A stretch of 63,764 nt of DNA, filler included, from Thelocarpon superellum (lineage: Eukaryota): assembly GCA_026025795.1 (NCBI GenBank). It is 8 parts of 8 records of this genome, joined end to end, with 100 filler letters (N's around TTAATTAATTAA, not from the genome) between each part and the next. Parts side by side here need not be neighbours in the genome. Positions count along the whole stretch, not along the records: positions 32,278 to 40,159 come from JAPEUG010000617.1; positions 40,260 to 48,038 come from JAPEUG010000619.1; positions 48,139 to 55,907 come from JAPEUG010000620.1; 5 more parts are not named here. One strand, given 5' to 3'. The position numbers and the translations under genes are program-made. Of this stretch, positions 37,129-48,747 are shown piece after piece (position 1 is the first letter of the stretch; every line of letters begins with the position of its first letter). Under the pieces are notes generated by a model. The model worked only from the letters and a program-made list of their open reading frames with translations. It searched no databases and was not told the origin of the DNA.

Positions 37129-37597
37129 AAGACTGCGAATGGGTATAAGCGAAGGAACTTGATGGCTGGTCCACTCATGCGACTTGTTCAGCAGCACAAG
37201 AGAGTCGACCGAAGGATGAGACCTGACAGCTCGCATTGAAGACCTACTTTGACGTATGTGATGACCAAATGAAGAGGAGTCGTAAAATGCTGTTCGAGTA
37301 GCTCCCCACATCGCAGCGTCGAGTGCAGATGTGAGAGACCAGTTTTGGACAGGTTTGTGGGAATGGGAACGGTTGAGGTATAGACCTGTCGATGTTGTTG
37401 GTGGTAGGACAGAGGGTACTGTGCGCAAGCTCAAGAACGCGAAGATGCTTGGCTCCTACATTGACCCCTTCCAGATGCGCTTTCTTCTCACGCCAGCCCA
37501 TGGCACGACGGGCAGCATTCGTAGCATCCGCGGCACCAGAAGCCCGTCTGATCACGTCCAGATGCGAGGATGGTAGCGGGCGATGCGAGAGGGAGAT

Positions 37598-39095
37598 TCA
37601 TGAGTGCCTAAGCTTCCTGTGTATATGTGCGACCCACTCGAAGCCGCCCTCATCTCGATCTTCGCCTTTCTGGGGCCACAGGATCTGCTTCAGGTAGACC
37701 GCGCGCACCATCATGCCGAACACGAGCATCCACACACCGATGAGGATGACGGCAAAGACCGTGCCCACGACCTGGATCGCGTGCGACTTGAATGTGCGCC
37801 CGATGCCCAGCGTCGCCGTCACCAGCGCCGAGTTGGGGAACACGAAGCTGTACCACGTCATGCTGAACTGCAGCCGGGCGTGGCCCACGAAATTGACGTG
37901 CGCGAAGACGGAAATCAAGAAGAACCAGATGGAAAGCCTGGTGGGCGGTGCGTCAGCAGTCTGCCTCTCTACCTGATCGCTCGCGCGTGGACGTTTGCAG
38001 GGGCGGCGGAAACTTACCCCCATAACCACAGCGCGACAAAAGCACCGACGAAGCCGAGCACCGAGGCCGCCATCTGCCCGTCACCCAGGAAGTCGGAGGG
38101 GAGGACGGTATGGAGCTGCTCCGTGATCCCCACAATGGTCGAGACGGTAAAGGCGGCAGGTCCAACGGACACGAACATGCCCGGTCGGAGCGCGGCCGTG
38201 GGCAGCTTCTGTGTCATGAGCCGGTAGATGAAGGCGCCGTAGATCATGAAGCTGACGAGAAATCCAATCCCTTGCAGGGTGTAGCCTCCAATGACGATGT
38301 CTAACGCGCGGTCGGGATCAATCCCGGCCGCTAGCACCGCCGCCTGTGGCCCCGCGAGTAAGAGAGGATAGGTAGGAAAGATCCAAACGGGGGTCATGTC
38401 GGCCACCGTGAAAGTTTGCGTGGACCATCTGGCGTGTACGGGGATGGTCAGAGAGCTCATCCAGATGATACCGTAGATCTGATAGACATGGCCTAAGAGA
38501 CTCACAGGGTCAAATAGACGCCGCACGAAAAGACGACGGCGAGAAGGCAGTAGATCCAGAATCCCACCACCATGGTCGTACTTAGCCACGGTCCACACCT
38601 CTCCATGGCGTACTCCTCGATATTCAAAAGAATCGTCCCCAGCGAGATTAAGAGCGCCGGAGCAAAGAGACTCTCGGTCGGATGAAGAAATGAGGCCTGG
38701 AAGGTATGCTGAAAGGAACTGAAGCGGATGGAGATCATGACGACGTTGAAGATGAACAAGACGATGTTGAAAAGAGAGAAGATGATCCCGATAGTCGAAA
38801 GGCCGTGAAAACGAAAAGGGACTGTTCCTCACATTTCTCAGCATCGTCTTCTGCACTTATGATGCCATGGCAGGATTAGCCGTACTGGTGTAGATTACGT
38901 TGGCAATCCCACCCGTTGCCCTGTGCAGAAGGTCAGCATCCGGGCTGCCGTCAGATAGAAGGGAGGGGTAGGTGGGTACATTGTCATGGTGAACCACGCC
39001 CATGTGAAATGCTGAATCCTCTGCTTGAACTTCATCTTGATCTCTCGTATTCGATTCTCCTCATCTTCATCGGAGCGGCCCATCATCCCGCCCAT
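37598..39095 (-). CDS. MAE1: TDT/SLAC1-family C4-dicarboxylate (malate) transporter, 5 exons
   Basis: RIQHFTWAWFTMTMATGGIANV, PFRFHGL, SFLHPTESLF, MTPVWIFPTYP, RPGMFVSVGP, FSMTWYSFVFPN, ILWPQKGEDRDE. Confidence 0.9.
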
Positions 39096-40159
39096 CGCTC
39101 AGCCCGAGGATGCCATCATGAGCGTATCGCGATTGCCGACGGCGGCGACGCGTGGATGCACGCCGTCTCCGGCGGACGAGGAAGACATAGAGTGCGGCGC
39201 GGTCCTAGGTGGCGTACGACGGACTATAACGCCGGGTGCGACACATGTGCGGGGCCCGCTAGGATTTATCGAGACTATAATGAGGGTAGTAGGAGGGGCA
39301 GAGACTAATGGAATTGCCCGAGGACTCTTCCTCGGACGGCGTGCCCCGGCTTTTTGGCTGATCCAAATCTGAACAACACTCAAGTTCCCTGAACAGGACA
39401 TGGCATTCTGCGATCGAATTGTCAGTTACTCATGACGTCACACCCTCTTGTGTGTTCGCACCCGTGCCCCATGACTCTACGTCTTTGGCCGACAAACGCC
39501 CAATTGTGACTGATGGCCAGGAGTGCGCCGATATGCCTTTCTCGTCAGCACTACTTTCGCTGGTCAAGCGTCGCATCGCCGGCCTCTGTGGCTTATCATT
39601 GCCACACGGACGTCTCACCCTCGATCGCGGAAGTAGCCGGTACCAGTATATAGCTCTCCGATTAACAGGCTGGGAGTGGGAGTGGTGAGAATACTTGTCA
39701 TTGTCATCGTTGTCGGTGCGGTGAGCCACCATGAGTGTACCAGGGTCTGGACCACTCAGTCTTCTCCATGGCGCTGGTGCGGCATTCTCCACTGGGTCGG
39801 AAGTACGCCAAGGGTCCAAGACCTCCAAACCCAGCATTCATGCGTCGCCCAGCCTCAGTGCGTTTTCCTTCTCGCTTGCGCGTCCGATCCATCAGTCGGT
39901 TTCACAATCAGGTTGAAAGTGAACGGGCGAAGGTTTGATATGATCTGCTTCCACTGAACAATCTCCGTTCGTCGCTCGTTCTTATCCAGCCTATTGAGTG
40001 CGGGTACGCCGTGGTCTCTCGGCAAGATTATCGGCGGTGGAACTCGCTCTCCCTGCTACCGTGTTCTCTCTGCTGCAGTGCTGTTTTACATTCGATAGAA
40101 GTGCCGGGCCTCCTTTGCAGACTGCTCCAGGCATCTTTGAAGAGGAGTCTCGGCAAGTC

Positions 40160-40259
40160 NNNNNNNNNNNNNNNNNNNNNNNNNNNNNNNNNNNNNNNNN
40201 NNNTTAATTAATTAANNNNNNNNNNNNNNNNNNNNNNNNNNNNNNNNNNNNNNNNNNNN
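40160..40259. other. Artificial contig-joining spacer
   Basis: N44-TTAATTAATTAA-N44. Confidence 0.98.
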
Positions 40260-41055
40260 TTAGCATGATCGAAGAACTTCGTACAACGTACCAATCGTCC
40301 GTCGTAGGTGCCACCTCGCTACCGAAGTCGCGGTCGCCGATTGCGGTGCGACGGTGGTTGGTGGTCGAAGGTCGATTGGAAACTTCGGACAAGGGTCCCG
40401 TTGTGCAACAGCCTGGCCAAGCCCTTTCAGCCAACCATGAGCCCGCCTTTCCGCACGATTTCCATCTTGTCGTCCCAAGAGTCCTTTTGCTCATCACCCG
40501 CCCATCCGTCTGTTGTAAGGGTCGATACCAGCGGCAGCCCCTCCCACCAGTCCGGGAGAGCATGGTCTAGACGTGTGGTGGGTACTACGCCCCATCGTCC
40601 CTAGTCCCCACCGCCGAGACGGGCCGGGATGCGTCCATGTGAGCAGGCTGAGTGACACTCCAACGCGTCGAAGTCGGACTCGGTTGCCTCATTCCAGGCG
40701 CCCACCGACGGATGACCATCGTGCGAATCATCCTTGATCTCTCACCGCCCGGTACCTGAGGGCACCGCAACGGCCTCACGCTGGTCGCGACATCGCGCAC
40801 GTTACCACCTTCGCTGGGCACCCAGCTCCAGCTTCAGCTCCAGCTTCACCGTGCCTTTCCCGGTGCCAGACCGCACTCCTGAAGCGTGGTGGAGCGGGTG
40901 TCGACTCTCTTGAACGGAAACCCTTCCCGACCCGCGGGGTCGCGAGTGGCAGAAAACGCCCGACGCCCCACCCCCAGAGAGTCCAACGCACAAGGTGCAG
41001 ACCCGGCCACATCCCTAGCGTCGTGCATCTTCCGTGCTCTTGTCTATTGTCCATC

Positions 41056-42757
41056 ATGTCGCGGCCAATCCCCATCACCCGGACCAGGTCTGAGAACGCC
41101 ATCGCCATGGACGCAGAGCACCTCACGCCGGACCTGGGCTCAAACACTGGGTCGTCCCCACCCTCGGGCATGTCTCCGCCGTCGGGCGACAAGACCCCAA
41201 CCTCGGGCCATTCCGCCCCGGCCAGTCCCTCACTGTCGGCGTCCATGTCCCGACGGAGCTCATTCCACACCAGCGGCTCCTTTCAGGACGACTGGGAAGC
41301 CTTCCCACCCCTCGACCGTCTGACGGTCTTTGACTTACTCGACAACCTCGCCCTTCCCCAGCGTCTCGAGCGCCTGCAGCACACCATCTCCGCCCAGACG
41401 GAAAAGGTCCGCCGACAGCGGGAGCGCCTAAAGAGCACCGGCCTCAACGCCAAGGACCGTGTCGTCGAAGAATGGCGTCGGCGGATCCCGCCGCCGGACG
41501 AGCAGCTGGACAAGTATCGGCGGAAGATGCGTGACGGCGTCGAGCGTCTGGGCAAACGCTGGAGCGACACCAAGGCCGTCACGGCGCGGGAGAAGGTAGC
41601 CTTCCTGGCCGGCGTCTTCAACATCTTCATCAGCGGCTACCTGATCGGCGCCTACCCCGACTGGTTCCACGTGTGGTACACGGCCCAGCTGTGCTACTTC
41701 ATGCCGATCCGCTTCTACACCTACCAGCGCCGCGGCTATCACTACTTCCTCGCCGACCTCTGCTACTTTGTCAACCTCCTCACCGTGCTGAGCATCTGGG
41801 CCTTTCCCAAGTCGAAGCGCCTCTTCATCAGCACCTACTGTCTCGCGTACGGGAACAACGCCGTCGCCATCGCCATGTGGCGCAACTCCATGGTCTTCCA
41901 CTCGCTGGACAAGGTGACGAGGTACGCCGACGCCCCCTTCCCGTGCGGACGACGTTCGGATGCTAAAGTACACCCGTCACAGTCTCTTCATCCACATCAT
42001 GCCTCCCGTCGCGCTCCACTGTCTGGTGCACATGATTCCGGCCGAGCTCCAACGGCTCCGCTTCCCGGCCATCTATGCCATCAAGTATAGTCTGCCGACG
42101 GCCAAAGAGCACTATTCACTGTGGGCGATGATGATCTGGGCCACGGTGCCTTACGCTGTCTGGCAGATTGGCTATCACTTCCTCATCACCGTGCGACGGC
42201 GCGAGAAGATCGCGGCCGGTCGGCCAACCAGCTTCACCTGGCTGCGTCGGTCCTACTCCAAGACGTGGATCGGCAAGCTGGTGCTGGCCTTGCCCGATCT
42301 CCTGCAGGAGCCGGCCTTCATGCTGATCCAGTACTGCTACGCCGTCGTCACGATGTTGCCGTGTCCCATCTGGTTCTGGCACCGATGGCTCAGCGCCGGC
42401 TTTCTGTTTGTCGTCTTTGGCTGGAGCGTGTACAATGGCGCGACGTACTACATCGACGTCTTTGGCAAGCGCTTCCAGAATGAGCTGGAGCAGCTCAAGA
42501 AGGACGTCGCCAAGTGGCAGAATTCGCCGGACATGACCAGCCCCATTCTGACGCCCAAGGTCGAGATCTCGGGGCCGCTTCTGAGCGCCGCCACGAGTGG
42601 CGCGCCCAGCATCACCATGGCCAGCGGGATCCACGACCTGGTGACGAACCACAAGCGCAGCTCTAGCTTCGATCAGATCCCCCTGCTGGACGCCCGATCG
42701 AGCAGCGCGACCGGGCTGGACACGGGCGTGGCGGACGTGGCGCGCGAACGAAGATGA
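41056..42757 (+). CDS. GPC1: Glycerophosphocholine acyltransferase Gpc1 (DUF2838), 2 exons
   Basis: GYHYFLADLCYFVN, AMWRNSMVFHSLDKVTSLFIHIMP (intron 41922-41982), GRPTSFTWLR, NGATYYIDVFGKRF. Confidence 0.92.
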
Positions 42758-43164
42758 CGAGGGAGGATCGGACACGTCAGTGCGCGCCCGCGCCATTCCC
42801 CACCCAAAGAGGGGTCGATCTGGATGAATTTGGATGGGTAGAGTTCTCGTCGGAATTTTGAGCGTCGCGGGTGCCCCCAGCGCCCCTGTGAATTTGGCCA
42901 TGTCTATCTACGAGCGACATCGCGTGCGAGATATCCTTTTGCTGGCCTCGGCCTGGCTGTGTTAGCGAACATCATTCAGAACTCGGACCATATGCCATTT
43001 CATCCGACACATTCGCAGGCTTTGCGCCATGTACATTTCACAGTAGGAGGACAATTTGTGTGGAGAAACAGTCTGAGTAAAGCGCAAATGCCGACAGTGA
43101 ATCGAACATAGTGCGTGTCATCACGTCATGAAATTTCAATGACATCGTTTGGTGGCCGTCATCG

Positions 43165-43906
43165 TCACTCCTGGTACCACTGAATGGTCTTGGCTCGAAA
43201 GGCGGGACAATTCTGGGTGATGGCCTTGCCAAGATCGACGTAGACTTGATAGGCATCGGACGAATCGGGCATCAGACAAGCCTTCATCTGACGTGCGGAG
43301 CCGTTGTGGTGGTACGAGAGCGTGCCGCCCTCGGAATTAACCCCGCTCTTCATTGTCGGGGGGGGCGGCGCCAGCTGCCAGTTCTCGTCGAAGAAGTCGA
43401 CCTCGTTTGGGTCGCTCCATAACATCGCTGCCATGGCTGCCGGCATTTGAGCACTTAGAAGCCCCGTGTCTGGATCGACGTAGAGATCGGTGCCGTAGTC
43501 CACAACGGCCTGAAACGGTTGGTCAATGCTATGAGAGAGCGGATAGGACGATGGGGCTGACGGGAACATACCGGGAAGGGAAGTCCTTCTTGCTGCGTGC
43601 GTACATGGCTGGGTCAGCTTGTTGCCCTTGTCTCTACCTGGCGGAATGTGTTTCAAAAAGGGGGGAGGTTACCGCGGACAAAGTATTGTTGATCAGGGTA
43701 AATGGACAGGGTTCGGGGCCGCAGTATGGGGGAGTGTTGGTCAGTACGACGTGTCCCGTATCGTAGTGGTAGGCCATGGGCATCATGTGGATGGCGTCGC
43801 CTGCATCTCTTGACGCGTGGACGACGAAGGTCTTGTCAGCAACGGCCCATGGTCGCGCCGACAAAAGGACGAGGTCAAGGGCGAGTCGCAGCCTCGCGAA
43901 ACGCAT
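43165..43906 (-). CDS. Small secreted protein resembling the fungal IgE-binding/PhiA-like cell-wall protein family, probably 3 exons
   Basis: Signal-like N-terminus, AIHMMPM, YCGPEPCP, LYVDPDTGLLS, MKACL, YQVY, C-x-x-F-x-A motifs; GTAACC and GTATGT donors with a 21-nt middle exon (QEGLPFP) keep the frame. Confidence 0.6.
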
Positions 43907-45370
43907 TGTGGGAGCCCTCCCAGTCTGAACTTCTCCGCGGCCGGGTACTGGTCATAACATGTATCTCTTGCCTTCAACCGTGGAATGCCCCAAAGCGGGT
44001 CGGGGTTAGGGGTTACTGGTCTCGAACGGACATGATCCTCCGTAACGTCGTCTGGTCTGCGGATGAGATCGGGACCTGGAAGTCTACAACTGGGCCGTCC
44101 GGCTCTCTTAACATTGAGGGTCTGCAGAGCCAGCGGACAGTCCCGCAAAGATGCAGTCCGCGCATTACGTATTGCCCCGTTCGGTGCGAAGGAACGGTCC
44201 AGAATGGGATCTGGTCATGAAATTTCTAGAAGTGCGTCGGCACACGTGGGGAGCGCCCGCTAACAAATTAGACGGCTCCGGCCAATGGCCATGGCCCCGG
44301 CAGCGGGCCATGTGCGTCCAGGGCAGAGGAAGCGCGCTAAGTACGGCTCTAGAGGCGCGGGGGCCTTGGAACCAGAGGAACGAGGGAATTGTAGGATCGT
44401 GCGTTGCCGTAAGGGACCACCACTTTGATCACACTACCCAAAGGCATTGATGTTGGGAGGATGATACGAGTTTCCTGGTGCAGCTTCACGCCTAGACTAC
44501 CCGCTCCCTTTCTTCCAACCCAAGTTATAAGTGAGCCTACTATTGTCCTGCATTGCCCAAGATCGGCAGCTTCGTTCTCTCAAATCGCTCGCGAACGAGG
44601 GTGCAGAGAGGCCGCAACGTGCTCCTCGTAGGATATTCAATGCGTGGTCGACGGCCATCCCGAGAGCAAGAGTGGTGCAGAGTTGCCCAAGGCAAGGACG
44701 CCGGTGCATACCGCAGTCTCGTTAGTAGGACACGACGAGTAGAGGAAACTAGTACTACTAAGTAGTTTTGCAAGCACTTGACTCTCTCCCGACGTCATGT
44801 CGATCTCATCATTCGGGCGCTTTCGAGCGCTCTCATCGTGATCGGGACCAGCAGCAGTCCAAGCTTCGACCATTTCCGAGTCTGTTTTATTTGGGGATGA
44901 CCGGGTGCGGCTGTTCTTAGCAGCTTGTTGTCCTGTTACCGGGATAGGGCCGGTCTTGTCCGCAACCCAACGCAACGCAACGTGTGAGTACTCGTAGGTG
45001 CCACACAGTGCCGAGGCCTGGCAGCGTGGAGCCGAACGCCACCACACGACTGGCCAGCTACATATTACGTTAGTCAAATGGGCAGCTATGGGACTGCGAC
45101 AGCGGCGATAATGGCATGACCCGTAGTCGGCCAAAAGGAGTAATAGCGCCCGTGGGGCCCTCACCACTTCCCCAACAATGCCATGACCAGGCCGGCCAAA
45201 CCCTAATGGCCCGGACCCCATCTATTGTTGCCGATCAGCGAGCCCGACCGTCCATCACCCATCATCCATCCCCGATGCATGTGATGGACGACGTCTTCTT
45301 CCTGCCTGGAGAAATCCACGGTCGTCTTCTAACCGCCCCAGCACCATCGTCGCTGGATGCATCGTGAGCC

Positions 45371-47785
45371 ATGGCCGTCGATCAAGCGGCCGACCAGCCG
45401 GCCAACGAGCCACCGGCCTTCCCGCCCGAGGCCTACGATCCCTCGCGCCTGCCCGACTTCGACACGGAGTTCGTCGAGGACGATGATCTCGCCGCCTTCG
45501 TCACGGCGCTGACGACGCCGGACTACGTGCTGGACGACGTCAAGTCCGCTCCGCAATCCACCTTCATCACGGCCCTCAACGACTGGCGACCAATCCATCA
45601 ACGCGTGCGCGGTCGACGGAAGGGGCCGGCCCGTCGCCGCCTCCCCAAACGCGGGCGCGACGAGACCCGAGAGGGCTTTGTCTACACTCTGCTGAAATGG
45701 CCGTTGTTGATCGTCGTCTTTGCCTGGATCGTCGTGCTCGGCGTCGAATACCTTCTCACGCGCCTCTACATCTATCTCTATGAACACTTTGTGACGTGGC
45801 GCGGCGAGCGCCAGCGACTCCGCAAGCGCCTGCAGTCCACGACCCGCTACGACGCCTGGGTGCGGGCGGCGCAGGCGCTGGATGACTTTTTGGGCAACGA
45901 CGAGTGGAAGGAGACGGATGAATACGCCTACTACGACAGCGCCACCGTTCGCCGCTTGAACCAGCAGATGCGCCAGACGCGCGTCCGCGCCGCAGCCGAC
46001 GAACACGGTCAGCCCAACGGGATCGGCGGGACGCGGGCGGTGGACGAACTTCGCGGGCTGGTGGAGGCATGCGTCAAGAACAACTTCGTGGGCATCGAGA
46101 ACCCCCGGCTCTACAGCCAAACGTACTATGGCACCAAGGACCGGGTACAGGAGTTTGTGGACGAGGCTGAGGCCTCGCTAGCCTTTCTCCTGCGCACCAC
46201 GAGCTTAAGCAAGGACGAGAAACGAAAGATGTTCAAACACCTCGACACCAACTTTGGCCGCACCGCCTTCTGTCTCTCGGGCGGGGCGTCGCTGGCCTAC
46301 TATCATTTTGGCGTGGTCAAGGCCCTGCTGGACGCGAATCTCCTGCCCAAGGTGATCACGGGCACGTCGGGCGGCGCCTTGGTAGCGGCGTTAGTGGCGA
46401 CACGCACCGACGCCGAGCTGAAGAAGCTGCTGGTCCCGGCGCTGGCGGGCCGCATCACGGCTTGCGAAGACGACATCTCCACCTGGCTCCGACGCCTGTA
46501 CCAGACCGGAGCGCGGTTCGATTCGGTCGCGTGGGCGCGGAAGTGTAGCTGGTTCACCCATGGCAGCCTCACGTTCCGCGAGGCCTTTCAGCGGACGGGG
46601 CGGATGCTCAATGTCACTTGCGTGCCGTCCGACCCGCATTCGCCCACCATCCTGGCCAACTACCTGACCTCGCCCGACTGTGTCATCTGGTCGGCGGTGC
46701 TGGCCTCGGCGGCCGTGCCGGGCATCTTGAATCCCGTCGTGCTCATGACCAAGACGCGCGACGGCACCCTGGCGCCCTACTCCTTTGGACACAAATGGAA
46801 GGACGGCAGCCTCCGGACGGACATCCCGCTCAAGGCGCTCAACCTGTACTTCAACGTCAATTTCAGCATCGTGTCGCAGTGCAACCCGCACATCTCCGTC
46901 TTCTTCTTCAGCTCGCGGGGGAGCGTGGGTCGACCGGTGACGCACCGTCGCGGCCGCGGGTGGCGAGGCGGCTTCCTCGGCAGCGCCATCGAGCAGTATC
47001 TCAAGCTCGATCTCAACAAGTGGCTGAAGGTGCTGCGTCACCTCGAGCTGCTGCCGCGGCCGCTGGGCCAGGACTGGAGCGAGATCTGGCTGCAGCGATT
47101 CTCCGGCACCATCACCATCTGGCCCAAGACCATGCTCTCGGATTTCTACTACATCTTGTCCGACCCGAGCCCGACGCGGCTGGCGCGGATGCTGCAAGAG
47201 GGCCAGCACTCGACCTTTCCCAACCTGAAGTTCATCGAGAACCGGATGAAGATTGAGCGACTGGTCGAGGAGGGGCGGCGTCTGACGCGGCCCTCGCCCG
47301 CCAAGGATGGACTGCGCTCCATCCTCTCCGACGAGGATCTGCACGCGCTGCTGCGCGACGCCCGTCGGCATGACGGACGCCTCATCACAGCGCCTCCACC
47401 GACGCCGCACACGCAGTCCCATACTCCCGCGAGCGATCCCCCGACGAGTCCTAGCCTCAGCTCCCGGCTCGGCGAGTGGTGGCAGAGCCTCCAGCCCTCC
47501 AGCGGCACCCCGCCCGCCGGCGATCGTCTCGGCGTCGGTGCCGACCGACCGAGCCTCGCGACGATGGTCAACGGCGCGGTGACAGCGGATCCCCGTCGCT
47601 CATCGCGCCGGTCGGGTAGTGACGTGCTCAGCGAGATCCGACGACAGAGCCAGGTCTTCTTCGATGACTCCGAGATGGACACGGAGGCGGAGCTGAGCGG
47701 CGGCAGTGCCAACGGTGAGGACGTGGCCAGTGATCGGCGCGACGAGGAGTTTGACGAGGGCTACTACCATGAAACGGACCTGTGA
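45371..47785 (+). CDS. Patatin-like phospholipase domain protein (DUF3336 + patatin, Tgl4/5-related), single exon, 804 aa
   Basis: LSGGASLAYYHFGVVKAL, GTSGG nucleophile elbow, ASAAVPG, WKDGS catalytic Asp, N-terminal TM segment. Confidence 0.93.
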   Translation: MAVDQAADQPANEPPAFPPEAYDPSRLPDFDTEFVEDDDLAAFVTALTTPDYVLDDVKSAPQSTFITALNDWRPIHQRVRGRRKGPARRRLPKRGRDETREGFVYTLLKWPLLIVVFAWIVVLGVEYLLTRLYIYLYEHFVTWRGERQRLRKRLQSTTRYDAWVRAAQALDDFLGNDEWKETDEYAYYDSATVRRLNQQMRQTRVRAAADEHGQPNGIGGTRAVDELRGLVEACVKNNFVGIENPRLYSQTYYGTKDRVQEFVDEAEASLAFLLRTTSLSKDEKRKMFKHLDTNFGRTAFCLSGGASLAYYHFGVVKALLDANLLPKVITGTSGGALVAALVATRTDAELKKLLVPALAGRITACEDDISTWLRRLYQTGARFDSVAWARKCSWFTHGSLTFREAFQRTGRMLNVTCVPSDPHSPTILANYLTSPDCVIWSAVLASAAVPGILNPVVLMTKTRDGTLAPYSFGHKWKDGSLRTDIPLKALNLYFNVNFSIVSQCNPHISVFFFSSRGSVGRPVTHRRGRGWRGGFLGSAIEQYLKLDLNKWLKVLRHLELLPRPLGQDWSEIWLQRFSGTITIWPKTMLSDFYYILSDPSPTRLARMLQEGQHSTFPNLKFIENRMKIERLVEEGRRLTRPSPAKDGLRSILSDEDLHALLRDARRHDGRLITAPPPTPHTQSHTPASDPPTSPSLSSRLGEWWQSLQPSSGTPPAGDRLGVGADRPSLATMVNGAVTADPRRSSRRSGSDVLSEIRRQSQVFFDDSEMDTEAELSGGSANGEDVASDRRDEEFDEGYYHETDL

Positions 47786-48038
47786 CGGTGCCATGGGTAC
47801 CATGTACATCCTCGGCCGCTACTGTACCTAGCTAGATGCATCATTCAGCGTGATAGTGCGCAATAGTGCCCCTGTAGAATGGGAGGCTACCTCGGTCTTC
47901 ATCGCCAACGGCAACACATTCGTCGGTTCCTTCTTCGGAGAACCAAGATAGAGGACCCACGGGAGTTGGCCTGGGAGAACTGGTATGCCAGACCTCGGGC
48001 AGCCTCGTGGATCCGTTTACTGAGATTCGGCTCGCGTG

Positions 48039-48138
48039 NNNNNNNNNNNNNNNNNNNNNNNNNNNNNNNNNNNNNNNNNNNNTTAATTAATTAANNNNNN
48101 NNNNNNNNNNNNNNNNNNNNNNNNNNNNNNNNNNNNNN
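48039..48138. other. Artificial contig-joining spacer
   Basis: N44-TTAATTAATTAA-N44. Confidence 0.98.
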
Positions 48139-48525
48139 GGACGTCGGAGAGGCCATCTTCTTCAGTCCTGCATGCGGACATCCAGCCGGATGCTGCCTTC
48201 AAGACCTTCATTCAGAGGCACGAGAAAACGTCAACCTCGTAGAAAGAGGAGCTGTTCCATCCCTTATAGCACAATTGTCTTTCTAACAGTGGACAATGTC
48301 TAGGTACAGGAACGGCATTCCATCTTTTACGGCACGCGTAGATATCTCGCTATTCATTCCGATACACCTCATTTATTTGGGACACATGTCACCTTTCCCT
48401 CACCATGCTCTAATCTTGCAATGCACTCACGCGTGGATACATAGACCATGACTGATCCGGTCAATGGTAACATCTGTGCAATTCTTGCTTCCACTTTTCG
48501 CACAGGTCCTCCATTGTTTTCGCTC

Positions 48526-48585
48526 TTTCACGTTTCATGCCTTCACGCTTCATGCGTTCACGCTTCACGCGTTCACGCTTCATGC
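48526..48585 (+). repeat. Tandem repeat, 15-bp unit (NTTCACGCTTCATGC) x4, downstream of the phosphoglycerate mutase gene
   Basis: Units at 48526, 48541, 48556 and 48571. Confidence 0.85.
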
Positions 48586-48747
48586 TTCCACGTCTTTACC
48601 ATGTCATCCTGCACTGGTCAGTCCACATGCCGCCCTCTGATGAGATCACGCCAGTTAAAATTGATCGCTTTTCTATCTTCGTCCCTCATCACATTCATCG
48701 TCCTGGAGCCTTCTATCCTCTAGTGCACCGTCGTCCCTTCATCTCAC

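Noticed and set aside
36342..37576. ORFs 36342-36608 and 37331-37576 as genes
   Set aside because: Short and without recognisable family motifs; possibly remnants but not supportable.
46391..47422. Long antisense ORFs (also 35293-36027, 42116-42901, 16944-17819, 56626-57246, 52954-53667)
   Set aside because: Shadows of high-GC3 coding sequence on the opposite strand; no recognisable motifs.
47860..48300. Gene fragments at the contig ends flanking the spacer at 48039-48138
   Set aside because: Several short frames are open and none is identifiable.
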